A DNA stretch of 64,000 nucleotides from Clostridia bacterium (GCA_045604405.1 JAZUNZ010000018.1:499-64498), one strand, 5' to 3'. Counted from the first letter of the stretch, positions 9,961 through 19,862 are shown. Numbers and translations: made by a program. Notes: generated from the letters alone by a model not told the origin.

Positions 9961-10356
9961 ATGAATTTAACAGATCCTGTAGCAGACATGTTAACAAGAA
10001 TAAGAAACGCAGTTAAAGAAAAACATACAACAGTTGACGTTCCTTATTCTAAAGTTAAAAATGAAATAGCTAAAATTCTACTAGAAGAAGGCTTTATAGC
10101 TGACTTAGAATTAGTAGAAAATGGAACACAAAAAAATATAAGAATAACTCTTAAATATAAAGATTCTAAATCTGTAATTCAAGGACTAAAGAGAATATCT
10201 AAACCAGGTCTAAGAATATATGCAGAAAAAGAAGAATTACCAAGAGTATTAAATGGACTAGGAATAGCAGTTATTTCTACATCAAAAGGTATAGTTACAG
10301 ATAAAGTAGCAAGAAAACTTAATGTTGGTGGAGAAGTAATGGCTTACATCTGGTAG
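9961..10356 (+). CDS. rpsH: 30S ribosomal protein S8
   Basis: [26 protein letters not shown] 9961 follows RBS AAGGAGG. Confidence 0.98.
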   Translation: MNLTDPVADMLTRIRNAVKEKHTTVDVPYSKVKNEIAKILLEEGFIADLELVENGTQKNIRITLKYKDSKSVIQGLKRISKPGLRIYAEKEELPRVLNGLGIAVISTSKGIVTDKVARKLNVGGEVMAYIW

Positions 10357-10374
10357 TAAGGGAGGAAAAGTAAA

Positions 10375-10911
10375 ATGTCTAGAATAGGAAATAAAGCTAT
10401 AACACTTCCAGCTGGTGTTGAATGCACTATAAATGGAAACCATGTTGTAGTAAAAGGACCAAAAGGAACTCTAGAAATGGACGTTGTTAAAGAGATCGCT
10501 GTTAAAGTCGAAGAAGGTAACATAGTTGTAACTAGAGATAGTGATGATCACAAAGCATTGCATGGACTAACTAGATCCCTTATAGCAAACATGGTTATTG
10601 GTGTAACTGAAGGTTTCGAAAAGAAACTAGAAGTAAATGGAGTAGGTTACAGAGCAGCTAAACAAGGAAATAAACTAGTTTTAACACTAGGATATTCTCA
10701 TCCTGTTGAAATTGTTGATACAGACACTTTAAAAACTGAAGTACCTGATCCAAACACTATAATAGTAAAAGGAATAGACAAACAAGCAGTTGGTCAATTT
10801 GCAGCAATAATTAGAGAAAAGAGATTACCTGAACCATATAAGGGCAAAGGAATCAAATATGTTGATGAACATATAAGAAGAAAAGAAGGAAAAGCCGGCG
10901 GCAAGAAGTAA
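10375..10911 (+). CDS. rplF: 50S ribosomal protein L6
   Basis: [20 protein letters not shown]. Confidence 0.99.
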   Translation: MSRIGNKAITLPAGVECTINGNHVVVKGPKGTLEMDVVKEIAVKVEEGNIVVTRDSDDHKALHGLTRSLIANMVIGVTEGFEKKLEVNGVGYRAAKQGNKLVLTLGYSHPVEIVDTDTLKTEVPDPNTIIVKGIDKQAVGQFAAIIREKRLPEPYKGKGIKYVDEHIRRKEGKAGGKK

Positions 10912-10923
10912 GGAGGATAAAAA

Positions 10924-11283
10924 ATGAGAAGTAGAGATAGCAAAGAGTCAAAAAGACTTGCAAGACAAAAAAGAGTAAGAGCTACTGTTAAAGGTACAGC
11001 TTCTAGACCTAGACTTTGCGTATTTAAAAGTTTAACTAATATATATGCACAAGTTATAGATGATGAAAACGGTACTACACTTGTTTCTGCCTCAACTTTG
11101 GATGCTGACGTAAAAACTAAAGCTTCTAACGTAGAAGCTGCTAAAGAAGTAGGAACATTAGTTGCAAAACGCGCTATAGAAAAAAATATAGATACAGTAG
11201 TATTTGATAGAAATGGTTACTTATACCATGGAAAAGTTAAAGAATTAGCAGAAGCTGCAAGAGCAGCAGGACTTAAGTTTTAA
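10924..11283 (+). CDS. rplR: 50S ribosomal protein L18
   Basis: [30 protein letters not shown]. Confidence 0.98.
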   Translation: MRSRDSKESKRLARQKRVRATVKGTASRPRLCVFKSLTNIYAQVIDDENGTTLVSASTLDADVKTKASNVEAAKEVGTLVAKRAIEKNIDTVVFDRNGYLYHGKVKELAEAARAAGLKF

Positions 11284-11302
11284 GGTTAGGAGGAAATAAG
11301 TA

Positions 11303-11836
11303 ATGACTGATACAAAGAAACAAAGCAGACCACGTAAAGAAAAAAGAGAAGAATTCAAACCAGAATTTAAAGAAAAAGTAGTTTACGTTGGCCGTGTAGC
11401 TAAAGTTGTTAAAGGTGGAAGAACTTTTAGATTTAGCGTACTTGTAGTAGTTGGAGATGAAAAAGGAAGAATTGGTGTTGGTTCAGGAAAAGCATCAGAA
11501 GTTCCAGAAGCAATCAAAAAAGCTACAGATGCAGCTAAAAAGAACTTAATAACAGTTCCTATGGTTAATGGAACAGTACCTCACGAATATACTAAAAAAC
11601 TTGGTTCTTCAATAGTAATTATCAAGCCAGCTCCAGAAGGTACAGGTGTTATCGCTGGTGGAGCAGTAAGACCAGTTCTTGAACTTGCAGGAGTTAAGAA
11701 TGTTACAGCTAAAACATTAGGTTCTCGTAATAGCAGAAACGTAGTACTTGCTACAATAGCTGCATTAAGAGAAATGAGAACAGCTGAACAAGTGGCTGAA
11801 GCTAGAGGAATTACAGTAGAAAAATTATTAAAATAA
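11303..11836 (+). CDS. rpsE: 30S ribosomal protein S5
   Basis: [26 protein letters not shown]. Confidence 0.99.
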   Translation: MTDTKKQSRPRKEKREEFKPEFKEKVVYVGRVAKVVKGGRTFRFSVLVVVGDEKGRIGVGSGKASEVPEAIKKATDAAKKNLITVPMVNGTVPHEYTKKLGSSIVIIKPAPEGTGVIAGGAVRPVLELAGVKNVTAKTLGSRNSRNVVLATIAALREMRTAEQVAEARGITVEKLLK

Positions 11837-11861
11837 TTAGTGTAGAGAGGAGGAACTTAGA

Positions 11862-12299
11862 ATGGAAATGCATAATTTAGGACCAGCTGTTAAAGGCAAA
11901 AACCGTAATAGAGTAGGTCGTGGAATTGGAAGCGGTAACGGAAAAACTGCTGGAAAAGGTCACAAAGGCCAAAAAGCTAGAACAGGTGGAAAAATTAGAA
12001 GAGGATTCGAAGGAGGACAAACTCCTTTATACAGAAGAATTCCAAAACGTGGATTCAACAATGTATTTAGTATTGAATATGCTACTATTAACGTTTCTGA
12101 TCTTGAAAGATTTGAAAATGGAACAGTAGTTAATATGGAACTTCTATTAAATGAAGGAATAGTTAGACGTGAACTTTCTGGACTTAAAGTTTTAGGAAAT
12201 GGAAATTTAACTAAAAAGCTTACAGTAGAGGCTAAGAAATTCTCTAATGCAGCTAAAGAAAAGATAGAGGCAGTAGGTGGAAAGATAGAGGTGAAATAG
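11862..12299 (+). CDS. rplO: 50S ribosomal protein L15
   Basis: [33 protein letters not shown]. Confidence 0.99.
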   Translation: MEMHNLGPAVKGKNRNRVGRGIGSGNGKTAGKGHKGQKARTGGKIRRGFEGGQTPLYRRIPKRGFNNVFSIEYATINVSDLERFENGTVVNMELLLNEGIVRRELSGLKVLGNGNLTKKLTVEAKKFSNAAKEKIEAVGGKIEVK

Positions 12300-12300
12300 T

Positions 12301-13611
12301 ATGTTTGATACTCTAAAAAAGATGTTTACAGTAAAAGACATCAGAAAGAAAATACTATACACAATATTTATTATTGTTTTATTCCGTATAGGTACATTTG
12401 TAACAGTACCTGGAATAAACAAACTTGCATTTGTAGAAGCTGTACAAAGTCAAGCATCAGGAATACTAGGAACAATTAACATTATTTCCGGTGGTGCGTT
12501 TAACAGACTTTCTATATTTGCAATGACAATATCACCATACATTACTGCATCGATCGTGTTAAATCTTTTGCAAACTGTTATACCATCATTGGAAAGACTT
12601 GCTAAAGAGGGTGAAACAGGCAAACAAAAGCTTAGTAAATATACTAAGTTATTAACAATCGCGTTTGCAGTAGTAGAGGCGATAGGATTATACTTAAATT
12701 ACAAGGCATATTTATTACCAGCCATGTCATATGGTATTTACCAAATATTTGGTATGATACTATTTGTAGTATGTTTAACTGCAGGTACAGCTTTGCTTAT
12801 GTGGCTTGCAGATAAAATTACAGAGCATGGAATTGGAAACGGTGTCTCAATGATTATCTTTGTGGGTATCGTTTCAGGAGCGCCAGGAGCAATTACATCG
12901 TTATCTGCTTTTGCAGCTCAAAGTAAATGGAATATACTAATGGTTGTAGCAGTAGTTATAGCATTTGTAATACTTCTTGCTGGAGTAATATTTGTACAAC
13001 AAGCTGAAAGAAGAATACCAGTAAACTATGCAAAAAGAGTTGTTGGTAGAAAAATGTTTGGTGGGCAAAATACTCATATACCACTAAAAGTGGCTATGGC
13101 AGGAGTTATGCCAATAATATTTGCTATGTCATTTATGATGATACCAGCTACTATAATACAACTTGTAACTAAAGGTGCAGCAACAGGATTTTGGGGAGTT
13201 GTTCTTAAAATCTGTTCGGCATCAACAGAATCAATTTGGTACTTAGTAGCATATGCAGTAATTTACATGCTATTAATTATAGGATTTACATTTGTATACA
13301 CAATGTTTACTGTGAATCCTGTGGAAATGTCTAACGGATTAAAACAAAACGGTGGATTCATTCCAGGAATTAGAGCAGGTAAAAATACAGCAGAATATAT
13401 AAACAAAGTACTTAAAAACATTACTGGAGCTGGAGCAGTATTCCTAGCACTAGTTGCAGTACTTCCTGTTATATGTCAAGCTGCAATGCCAAGCATATCT
13501 ATATCTTTTGGTGGAACTTCAATACTTATCGTAGTAAGTGTTGCGCTTGAAACTCTTAAAGTTATAGAATCACAAATGGTAAGCAGACATTATGACGGAT
13601 TCTTAGATTAA
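12301..13611 (+). CDS. secY: Preprotein translocase subunit SecY
   Basis: ISPYITASIV, GIGNGVSMIIF, FIPGIRAG, FGGTSILIVV. Confidence 0.98.
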   Translation: MFDTLKKMFTVKDIRKKILYTIFIIVLFRIGTFVTVPGINKLAFVEAVQSQASGILGTINIISGGAFNRLSIFAMTISPYITASIVLNLLQTVIPSLERLAKEGETGKQKLSKYTKLLTIAFAVVEAIGLYLNYKAYLLPAMSYGIYQIFGMILFVVCLTAGTALLMWLADKITEHGIGNGVSMIIFVGIVSGAPGAITSLSAFAAQSKWNILMVVAVVIAFVILLAGVIFVQQAERRIPVNYAKRVVGRKMFGGQNTHIPLKVAMAGVMPIIFAMSFMMIPATIIQLVTKGAATGFWGVVLKICSASTESIWYLVAYAVIYMLLIIGFTFVYTMFTVNPVEMSNGLKQNGGFIPGIRAGKNTAEYINKVLKNITGAGAVFLALVAVLPVICQAAMPSISISFGGTSILIVVSVALETLKVIESQMVSRHYDGFLD

Positions 13612-13649
13612 TCATATTGTATGAGTAAGTAAATATAAATAATATATTA

Positions 13650-13690
13650 AAAAGTTGTTCAAGGTTTATTCCCTGAGCATCTTTTTTATT
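13650..13690 (+). terminator. Terminator after secY
   Basis: Imperfect AGTTGTTCAAGG...CCCTGAGCATCT stem followed by a T tract. Confidence 0.6.
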
Positions 13691-13823
13691 ATAAAAAGGA
13701 CTGTATACAGTCCTTTTCACACAACTTCCCATAGAATATTAATAATTTATACAAAATCATATTGTATACTATAGTTGTAGTACAAATACTACAATTCATA
13801 CATATATGAATACATTTTTCCCC

Positions 13824-13848
13824 TTAAGAGAGCTTTAGCTCTCTTAAT
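13824..13848 (-). terminator. Terminator of the ferritin-like gene
   Basis: TTAAGAGAGC-TTTA-GCTCTCTTAA hairpin just past the stop codon. Confidence 0.6.
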
Positions 13849-13857
13849 ATATTTGAG

Positions 13858-14370
13858 TTATTTTACACTATACAATGTAATTAAATAGTTGTATTTTATA
13901 GCATGTTTCATCTCGTCTGTCATAATATATAACACTTTATTATATAGTTCTTTATTTGGCATATATGCTAGTATTTCTCTGTACTTTTCTACTGCCTTTA
14001 GTTCACCCATAAGGGCCTTTTTAATACCATCTAAGTAAGTTATCTTCTCATAGTTTCCAACACTTGTATTTGGTTGTAAAACCACTCCAGTAAGTTCTGT
14101 GAAAATGTCTCTAAGCAATCTATTATGTATTTTTTCATCATCACGTATGCTAGTTATAATATCTTTTGCCTCTTGATTTGGCGCCATATTGATTAAAGCA
14201 TCATACATGGCAGCATCTTCTGTTTCATCTGCTACTGAGTTTTTTACCATTGTAACGGCTGTATTTAAATTATATTGAAAACTTTTATTAGTGAAGTCCA
14301 AAATCCAAGGCGTAGTTTCTCTTGGATAAAAATAGTTATTGTAATTTGTGTAATAATTAAAGTAATCCAT
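13858..14370 (-). CDS. Ferritin-like / rubrerythrin-fold protein, YhjR-like spore coat candidate
   Basis: Two E...Y...DE-x2-H repeats (DETEDAAMY...DDEKIH; ELKAVEKY...DEMKH). Tyr/Asn-rich N-terminus; RBS GGAGG. Confidence 0.75.
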   Translation of the reverse strand: MDYFNYYTNYNNYFYPRETTPWILDFTNKSFQYNLNTAVTMVKNSVADETEDAAMYDALINMAPNQEAKDIITSIRDDEKIHNRLLRDIFTELTGVVLQPNTSVGNYEKITYLDGIKKALMGELKAVEKYREILAYMPNKELYNKVLYIMTDEMKHAIKYNYLITLYSVK

Positions 14371-14440
14371 AATATACCTCCAATCATAGTTTATGTAAAA
14401 GTTTTAATATTGTTACTATACGAATGTTTTGTAGCCGTAA

Positions 14441-14469
14441 TTGATAACACGATTATATTGTGATATAAT
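14441..14469 (+). promoter_or_regulatory. sigma-A promoter
   Basis: TTGATA-17-TATAAT with TG extension. Confidence 0.65.
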
Positions 14470-14487
14470 CTCAAAGAAGGTGAAATT

Positions 14488-16653
14488 ATGAAAAAGGGAA
14501 GAAAAATAATAGCAACACTTGTTATAATTATTGCAACTATGGTCACTATTTCAGCGCTGTATATCACACTGAGAGGAGCAAAACATAATAGCTCAAAAAA
14601 TATTGTTACTATACAATTTGATAGTTTAGGAGGAACTGAAATCGAGTTGCAAAAAATAGAAGCGGGGGAGGTTATAACAGAGCCGGAAACACCGTCTAAA
14701 GAGGGCTTTACATTTGTTGAGTGGCAACTAGATGGAGAAGCATATGATTTTAGCAAGGCGCCAAAGGATAGTATAACCTTAATAGCTAAATGGCAAGAAG
14801 ATGCAGAAGAAAAAAATTATACAGTTACTTTTAATAGTGACGGAGGAACAAAGGTAGACTCAATTAAAGTTAAAGAAGGAAATAGTATCACTAAGCCGGC
14901 AGAACCTACAAGAAAGGGATATGTTTTTAAAGGCTGGTATTTAGGTGAGAAAAAATATGATTTTAAAAGTGAAATTGAAAACGATATAGTGCTAAACGCA
15001 AAATGGTCAAAAAAAGAAACTGCAAGCAATACAAACGGAGATAATGTAAATAATACAACTATTAATAATGATAATACAGACAGCAATACAACAAGTAATA
15101 GCGATAAGCCGGATAACCAGGCTAATAATACAGCCAATAGCGGAGATAAAGTAAATATGGACAATAAAGTAGAAGGCAGCAAGGAAGAATATGAATATAT
15201 AAAAAATGACATTAAAAATTATGGAAACAAAACACCAGAATGGCAATTTGGGTATAAAGAAAATATGAAACTAGATAGCACTTTTGGTTTCCAAAGTTAT
15301 GATAGGGAAAAATGCAAAATTGCCTATAGAACGGACAATTCAAATGTTTTGAAGGTGGATTCAAATGGTGTTGCAACTGGTACGGGGTTAGGTAAAACAA
15401 AGCTACATATATGTTTAGTGGATAAAGTAACAAATAAAGAAATTGATTATTTTACTTGGATTGCAAATGTAAAATATCAAGTGGGTAGTGCCGCGGCTAC
15501 AAAAGATACAGCAAATCTTTTAAATGGAATAGATGGACACTATTGGTATTTGGATGGATATAACTATGCCTACATTAAGGGCGATGTCATCCCATGGTAT
15601 GATCATAAGGCGCTAAGTTGGACATCACAACACATAGAACTAGAAAACAATGCGTTTGTAACATCGGAGCAAACCGGCAAAAATTATTGGGTTGAAAGCG
15701 CGGCAATTCATAATAAATTTTTGGCAAATCCTGCGGAAATGGCGTATATGCTAATTGAAGAATATAATATGCGAGTATCAAGTAATAAATTATATATAAC
15801 TTTTGGGGGTAAAACATATTCGTTTACAAGACATACTAGCAAAAAGAAAATATATGGAAAAATATCTTTAAATCAATCTGAAATTTCTGTAAATAAATAT
15901 GAACCTGCAGAGGCTATAGTAAAGATTTCGCCAAGTTTTGCAGAATATGATATAGAAGTTAGCTCATCAAATACTAATAATGTTGATTGTTGGATTAACA
16001 ATAATCATAACGGAACTGTAACGATAAGCTGCATTGGGAATTCGGTGGGAACCGCAGTAATTACCGTCAGAGACAAAATAAGTGGAGATTCAAAAACGTT
16101 TACCGTGGTAGTAAAGAATAATATAATTGGTGCTACAGGAGTTTCTTTAAATAAATCCGATACGTCTATTTATGAAGGAGAAACTGAAACTTTATATGCA
16201 ACAATTATTCCGGAAAATGCAACAAACAAAAAGGTTTTTTGGCAAAGTTCAGATGTAAATATTGCCTCAGTAGATTCAAAGGGGAAAGTTAAAGCGTATA
16301 GACCTGGAACGGCAACTATAACAGCAATGACTGAAGATGGAAGCTATACCGCTTCGTGTAAAGTAGAAGTAAAAATGGAGCCACTTACATTAGACGGAAG
16401 TATAGGAATTTCAACAAGAGTATCTGACAGTGGAGTTTCGTCAGGAATGATTGTAGAGGCGAAACCGTCTGGTGGAACAAAATCTTATACATATAATATA
16501 AAGCTGTATTATGAAGGCAATTTAATTGGAGAAGGAACTCAAAAAGAATTGTTTGTAAATCAAACAACTAACGGGACCTATTCGGCGACTATAACAGTAA
16601 CAGATTCTAGCGGAAATACCAAAACTATAGTAGAAACTATAACTAAAAATTAA
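14488..16653 (+). CDS. Membrane-anchored surface protein with two InlB B-repeat (Flg_new) domains and Ig-like Big_2 domains
   Basis: N-terminal TM helix; two copies of VTFxSxGG...PxKxGYxFxxW...YDF...LxAKW; Asn/Thr/Ser linker; VSLNKS...TIIPENATNKKVFWQSSD...ATITAMTEDG. Confidence 0.8.
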   Translation: MKKGRKIIATLVIIIATMVTISALYITLRGAKHNSSKNIVTIQFDSLGGTEIELQKIEAGEVITEPETPSKEGFTFVEWQLDGEAYDFSKAPKDSITLIAKWQEDAEEKNYTVTFNSDGGTKVDSIKVKEGNSITKPAEPTRKGYVFKGWYLGEKKYDFKSEIENDIVLNAKWSKKETASNTNGDNVNNTTINNDNTDSNTTSNSDKPDNQANNTANSGDKVNMDNKVEGSKEEYEYIKNDIKNYGNKTPEWQFGYKENMKLDSTFGFQSYDREKCKIAYRTDNSNVLKVDSNGVATGTGLGKTKLHICLVDKVTNKEIDYFTWIANVKYQVGSAAATKDTANLLNGIDGHYWYLDGYNYAYIKGDVIPWYDHKALSWTSQHIELENNAFVTSEQTGKNYWVESAAIHNKFLANPAEMAYMLIEEYNMRVSSNKLYITFGGKTYSFTRHTSKKKIYGKISLNQSEISVNKYEPAEAIVKISPSFAEYDIEVSSSNTNNVDCWINNNHNGTVTISCIGNSVGTAVITVRDKISGDSKTFTVVVKNNIIGATGVSLNKSDTSIYEGETETLYATIIPENATNKKVFWQSSDVNIASVDSKGKVKAYRPGTATITAMTEDGSYTASCKVEVKMEPLTLDGSIGISTRVSDSGVSSGMIVEAKPSGGTKSYTYNIKLYYEGNLIGEGTQKELFVNQTTNGTYSATITVTDSSGNTKTIVETITKN

Positions 16654-16657
16654 GCGA

Positions 16658-16690
16658 ACAGACATCTATGCTTTACATAGATGTCTGTAT
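16658..16690 (+). terminator. Hairpin terminator
   Basis: ACAGACATCTATG-CTTTA-CATAGATGTCTGT perfect 13-bp stem. Confidence 0.7.
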
Positions 16691-16714
16691 TATATTATAT
16701 AATGCGTGAGAATC

Positions 16715-16743
16715 TTTACATTAGGATTAAATTATAGTATAAT
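16715..16743 (+). promoter_or_regulatory. sigma-A promoter for adk-map
   Basis: TTTACA-17-TATAAT. Confidence 0.65.
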
Positions 16744-16768
16744 GTGTAAGTATTTAAGGAGGTATTTT

Positions 16769-17425
16769 ATGATAATAGTTATGCTTGGAGCACAAGGTAG
16801 TGGTAAAGGTACAGTTGGTGTAAAACTTGCTGAAGAATTAGGACTTGTGCATGTATCTACAGGAGATATTTTTAGAGAAAATATTAAAAATGGAACAGAG
16901 CTTGGAAAGGAAGCTAATGCATATATTTTAGAGGGAAAATTGGTGCCTGATGAATTAACAAATAGAATATTAATGGATAGACTTTCTAAAGATGATGTTA
17001 TGACAAACGGTGCATTAATAGATGGATATCCTAGAACAGAAGAACAATGCAAAAAATTAGATGAAATGTTAAATGAGTTGGGTAAAGAGGTTAACCTTGC
17101 TATAAACTTAGACGTTGCCCGTGAGGAACTTATACAAAGAATTACAACAAGACGTGTATGTAAGGGATGTAAAGAAGGATATAACACAGAATATAACCCA
17201 CCAAAAACAGAGGGTGTTTGCGATAAATGCGGTGGAGAAGTTGTTCAAAGAGATGACGATAAAGAAGATGCAGTAAAACAAAGACTAGATATTTATTATA
17301 CAAACGAAAAAGTAATTTTAGACTATTACAGAGCTACAAACAAACTAAGAATAGAAAAAGCAGGAGATAAAATAGGCAGAACATCAAAAGATGTTATAGC
17401 AGATTTAGTAAAAGATTTGAAATAA
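16769..17425 (+). CDS. adk: Adenylate kinase
   Basis: GAQGSGKGT, STGDIFR, DGYPRT, zinc LID CxxC...CxxC. ATG 16769 follows AAGGAGG. Confidence 0.97.
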   Translation: MIIVMLGAQGSGKGTVGVKLAEELGLVHVSTGDIFRENIKNGTELGKEANAYILEGKLVPDELTNRILMDRLSKDDVMTNGALIDGYPRTEEQCKKLDEMLNELGKEVNLAINLDVAREELIQRITTRRVCKGCKEGYNTEYNPPKTEGVCDKCGGEVVQRDDDKEDAVKQRLDIYYTNEKVILDYYRATNKLRIEKAGDKIGRTSKDVIADLVKDLK

Positions 17426-17440
17426 GAAAAGGAAAAGCAT

Positions 17441-18205
17441 ATGATATATATTAAGTCAAAAAAAGACATTGCAGCAATGAGAATTCCAGCAGAAATAATG
17501 AAGGAAGTATTAAAAGAAATAGAAAAGAATATTCGTGAAGGAGTAACAACTGCATACCTAGATTATGTAGCAGAAAATGTTATGACTAAACATGGGGCTA
17601 TTCCATCGTTTAGAGGAGTGGAATGCCCATATAGAGGTGGCAAAACATATACGCATGCTACATGTATAAGTGTGAATGAAGATATAATACACGGTATACC
17701 TAACTCTAAACCACTAAAAAAAGGCGATGTAGTAAGTGTTGATGTTGGCGTATATAAGGGCGGATTTCATGCTGACGCTGGTCGTACCTTCATAGTAGGT
17801 GAAGGATCGGCTTTGGCTAAAAAGCTAGTTGAAGTTACAGAACAAGCCTTCTTTGCGGGAGTAGATCAAGCGGTTGAGGGTAATAGAATTGGCGATATAT
17901 CTAATGCAATACAAACAGTGGTAGAAAATGCAGGATTTAATCTTCTAAGAGAGTATCAAGGACATGGTATTGGCAGAGAAATGCATGAGGACCCAGGAGT
18001 TCCAAACATAGGTAAAAAAGGCAGAGGTGAAAGGCTTCAAGTAGGCATGGCTCTTGCAATTGAACCAATGGTAGTTGTAGGCTCGCCAGAAATAGTTGTA
18101 GGTAAGGATAAATGGACGGTTTCGACAAGAGACGGCAAGTTATCTGCTTACTATGAAAACACAATTGTTATAACAGAAGAAGGTCCAGAAATTTTGACTT
18201 TGTAA
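17441..18205 (+). CDS. map: Type I methionine aminopeptidase
   Basis: CISVNE-IIHGIP, DVGV...HAD, GHGIG..MHEDP, AIEPM, YENT. Confidence 0.97.
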   Translation: MIYIKSKKDIAAMRIPAEIMKEVLKEIEKNIREGVTTAYLDYVAENVMTKHGAIPSFRGVECPYRGGKTYTHATCISVNEDIIHGIPNSKPLKKGDVVSVDVGVYKGGFHADAGRTFIVGEGSALAKKLVEVTEQAFFAGVDQAVEGNRIGDISNAIQTVVENAGFNLLREYQGHGIGREMHEDPGVPNIGKKGRGERLQVGMALAIEPMVVVGSPEIVVGKDKWTVSTRDGKLSAYYENTIVITEEGPEILTL

Positions 18206-18211
18206 AAGTGT

Positions 18212-18242
18212 AAGAGGCGAATCATAAGGTTAGCCTCTTTTT
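18212..18242 (+). terminator. Terminator after map
   Basis: AAGAGGC...GCCTCTT followed by a T tract. Confidence 0.75.
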
Positions 18243-18243
18243 A

Positions 18244-18272
18244 TTGACATAAGTATATAACGATGATATAAT
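18244..18272 (+). promoter_or_regulatory. sigma-A promoter of the inserted gene pair
   Basis: TTGACA-17-TATAAT with TG extension. Confidence 0.8.
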
Positions 18273-18391
18273 AAGCGACACAGCATTTTATAACCTTAAG
18301 AAATTTCAAAAGGAGATAAGTTATGAGAACAAGACATTAGCTACATTGCAATCAAAAATTAACTAAAAACGAATTACTGAAAGGAGAAGCA

Positions 18392-18751
18392 ATGAATAAA
18401 CAAAAAATTATATCCGACCTAAGAAAAAAAGGAATTATACTGCGCCGGTTTGATGTGAGCTACACAGGATATGAAGTAGAGCTTGAATTGGATCCAAAGA
18501 AGGCACAGGGTTGGGAAGAAGTACTAAATTCCCCATTTGAAGGATTTGAAATTGCAACAATTTCTCAAACATCAGCATTTACAATGAATATGATACTTAT
18601 ACCGGCAAATAAAGAAGAATTTAAGGATTTTATAAAAAAGTGTATTGCTTCCGGCATGGAAAAAAAGAATGCACGAGCATTGCTTATTTCGCTTGTAGAA
18701 GAATATGGCAGTGAAAGTGCAAAGGGCGAATTAAAAAATACAATAGAGTAG
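18392..18751 (+). CDS. Hypothetical protein (paralog A)
   Basis: RBS AAAGGAGA; similar by eye to the next ORF. Confidence 0.7.
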   Translation: MNKQKIISDLRKKGIILRRFDVSYTGYEVELELDPKKAQGWEEVLNSPFEGFEIATISQTSAFTMNMILIPANKEEFKDFIKKCIASGMEKKNARALLISLVEEYGSESAKGELKNTIE

Positions 18752-18763
18752 GATGAAATAAAT

Positions 18764-19210
18764 ATGAAATTTTCATGGTTAAATAGCGAGTTGGAAAAAA
18801 TAGAACTTAAAGTTGCACGTATAACTTTCTTAGAAGACGGATATGAAATCCGGATAAAAGCAAATCCCAAATATTCAGATGAATGTAGAGCTAAAAGCGA
18901 TTTTGTGCGTGACAAAATAAATGGAATGGACATTATAGAGTACAACGGCTTTGTTGCATTGGAACCAGATATTGTAGGCGGTATGTGTACAGTTATGCTT
19001 GTTCCTAAAAGCATGGAAGAAATGACAGATTTTATCTGGAAATATGTTGAAAGATATGGCAAAAAAGAAAACAGGCTTGTAGATATACTGGCCGACGCCT
19101 TTTGTGTGTTGGAAAAAGCAATTGAACGTATTCCTGACGATAAAAAATATAGCAAGGCAAAAAAAGAGGCTCAGGATAACTATAATAGCTTTACGCAAAT
19201 GATTTTTTAA
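18764..19210 (+). CDS. Hypothetical protein (paralog B)
   Basis: RBS AGGA; shares S(D/E)L-K...GYE...(D/N)PK and L(I/V)P...EE..DFI.K with the upstream ORF. Confidence 0.7.
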   Translation: MKFSWLNSELEKIELKVARITFLEDGYEIRIKANPKYSDECRAKSDFVRDKINGMDIIEYNGFVALEPDIVGGMCTVMLVPKSMEEMTDFIWKYVERYGKKENRLVDILADAFCVLEKAIERIPDDKKYSKAKKEAQDNYNSFTQMIF

Positions 19211-19219
19211 TCAAAATGT

Positions 19220-19258
19220 AAAAATATATAGACGCAAATTTTGCGTCTATATATTTTT
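19220..19258 (+). terminator. Long perfect hairpin terminator
   Basis: AAAAATATATAGACGCAA-ATT-TTGCGTCTATATATTTTT. Confidence 0.8.
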
Positions 19259-19303
19259 GCTTAAAAAAATGGCGCAAATTCACATAAATTTGTAATAAAA
19301 TCG

Positions 19304-19332
19304 TTGACAACAAGCCTAAAATACGTTATAAT
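19304..19332 (+). promoter_or_regulatory. sigma-A promoter of the infA-alpha operon
   Basis: TTGACA-17-TATAAT, perfect consensus. Confidence 0.85.
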
Positions 19333-19405
19333 TTACTTGTTGATTTGTGCAAACTTTTATGTGGTTTTGTGCAAACAGTATCTAACTATTATATAGGAGG
19401 AAAAT

Positions 19406-19624
19406 ATGGCAAAAGATGACGTTATAGAAGTTGAGGGAACAGTTGTAGAATCAATGCCTAATGCAATATTTAAAGTTGAACTAGAAAATGGACACGTTGT
19501 AACGGCGCACATATCTGGAAAACTTAGAATGCATTATATTAAAATTTTACCAGGAGATAAGGTAAAACTAGAGCTTTCTACATATGACCTTACAAAAGGC
19601 AGAATTGTGTGGAGAGATAAATAA
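19406..19624 (+). CDS. infA: Translation initiation factor IF-1
   Basis: [11 protein letters not shown]...AHISGKLR...YDLTKGRI. Confidence 0.99.
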   Translation: MAKDDVIEVEGTVVESMPNAIFKVELENGHVVTAHISGKLRMHYIKILPGDKVKLELSTYDLTKGRIVWRDK

Positions 19625-19631
19625 CATTTAG

Positions 19632-19698
19632 ATATAATCAAATGCTAGAGCGGCTGTATGAGTAGGGTGTACAACTCATATATTTAGTATTTGTTATA
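19632..19698 (+). ncRNA. Probable ribosomal protein leader hairpin (S4-type) upstream of rpmJ-rpsM
   Basis: Long stem ATATAATCAAATGCTAGA / TTTAGTATTTGTTATAT enclosing a GCGGC bulge and an inner TGTATGAGT/ACTCATATA stem. Position is typical of alpha-operon leaders. Confidence 0.5.
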
Positions 19699-19735
19699 TA
19701 TATACACAGATAGTGGTTTAAGGAGGAAATACAAA

Positions 19736-19849
19736 ATGAAAGTAAGACCATCTGTAAAGAAAATTTGCGAAAAGTGCAAAGTAATCAGAAGAAATGGTGT
19801 GGTTAGAGTTATATGTGAAAACCCTAAACACAAACAAAGACAAGGTTAG
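19736..19849 (+). CDS. rpmJ: 50S ribosomal protein L36 (not in ORF track)
   Basis: Manual translation [37 protein letters not shown]; RBS AAGGAGG. Confidence 0.98.
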   Translation: MKVRPSVKKICEKCKVIRRNGVVRVICENPKHKQRQG

Positions 19850-19862
19850 GAGGAGCTAAAAA

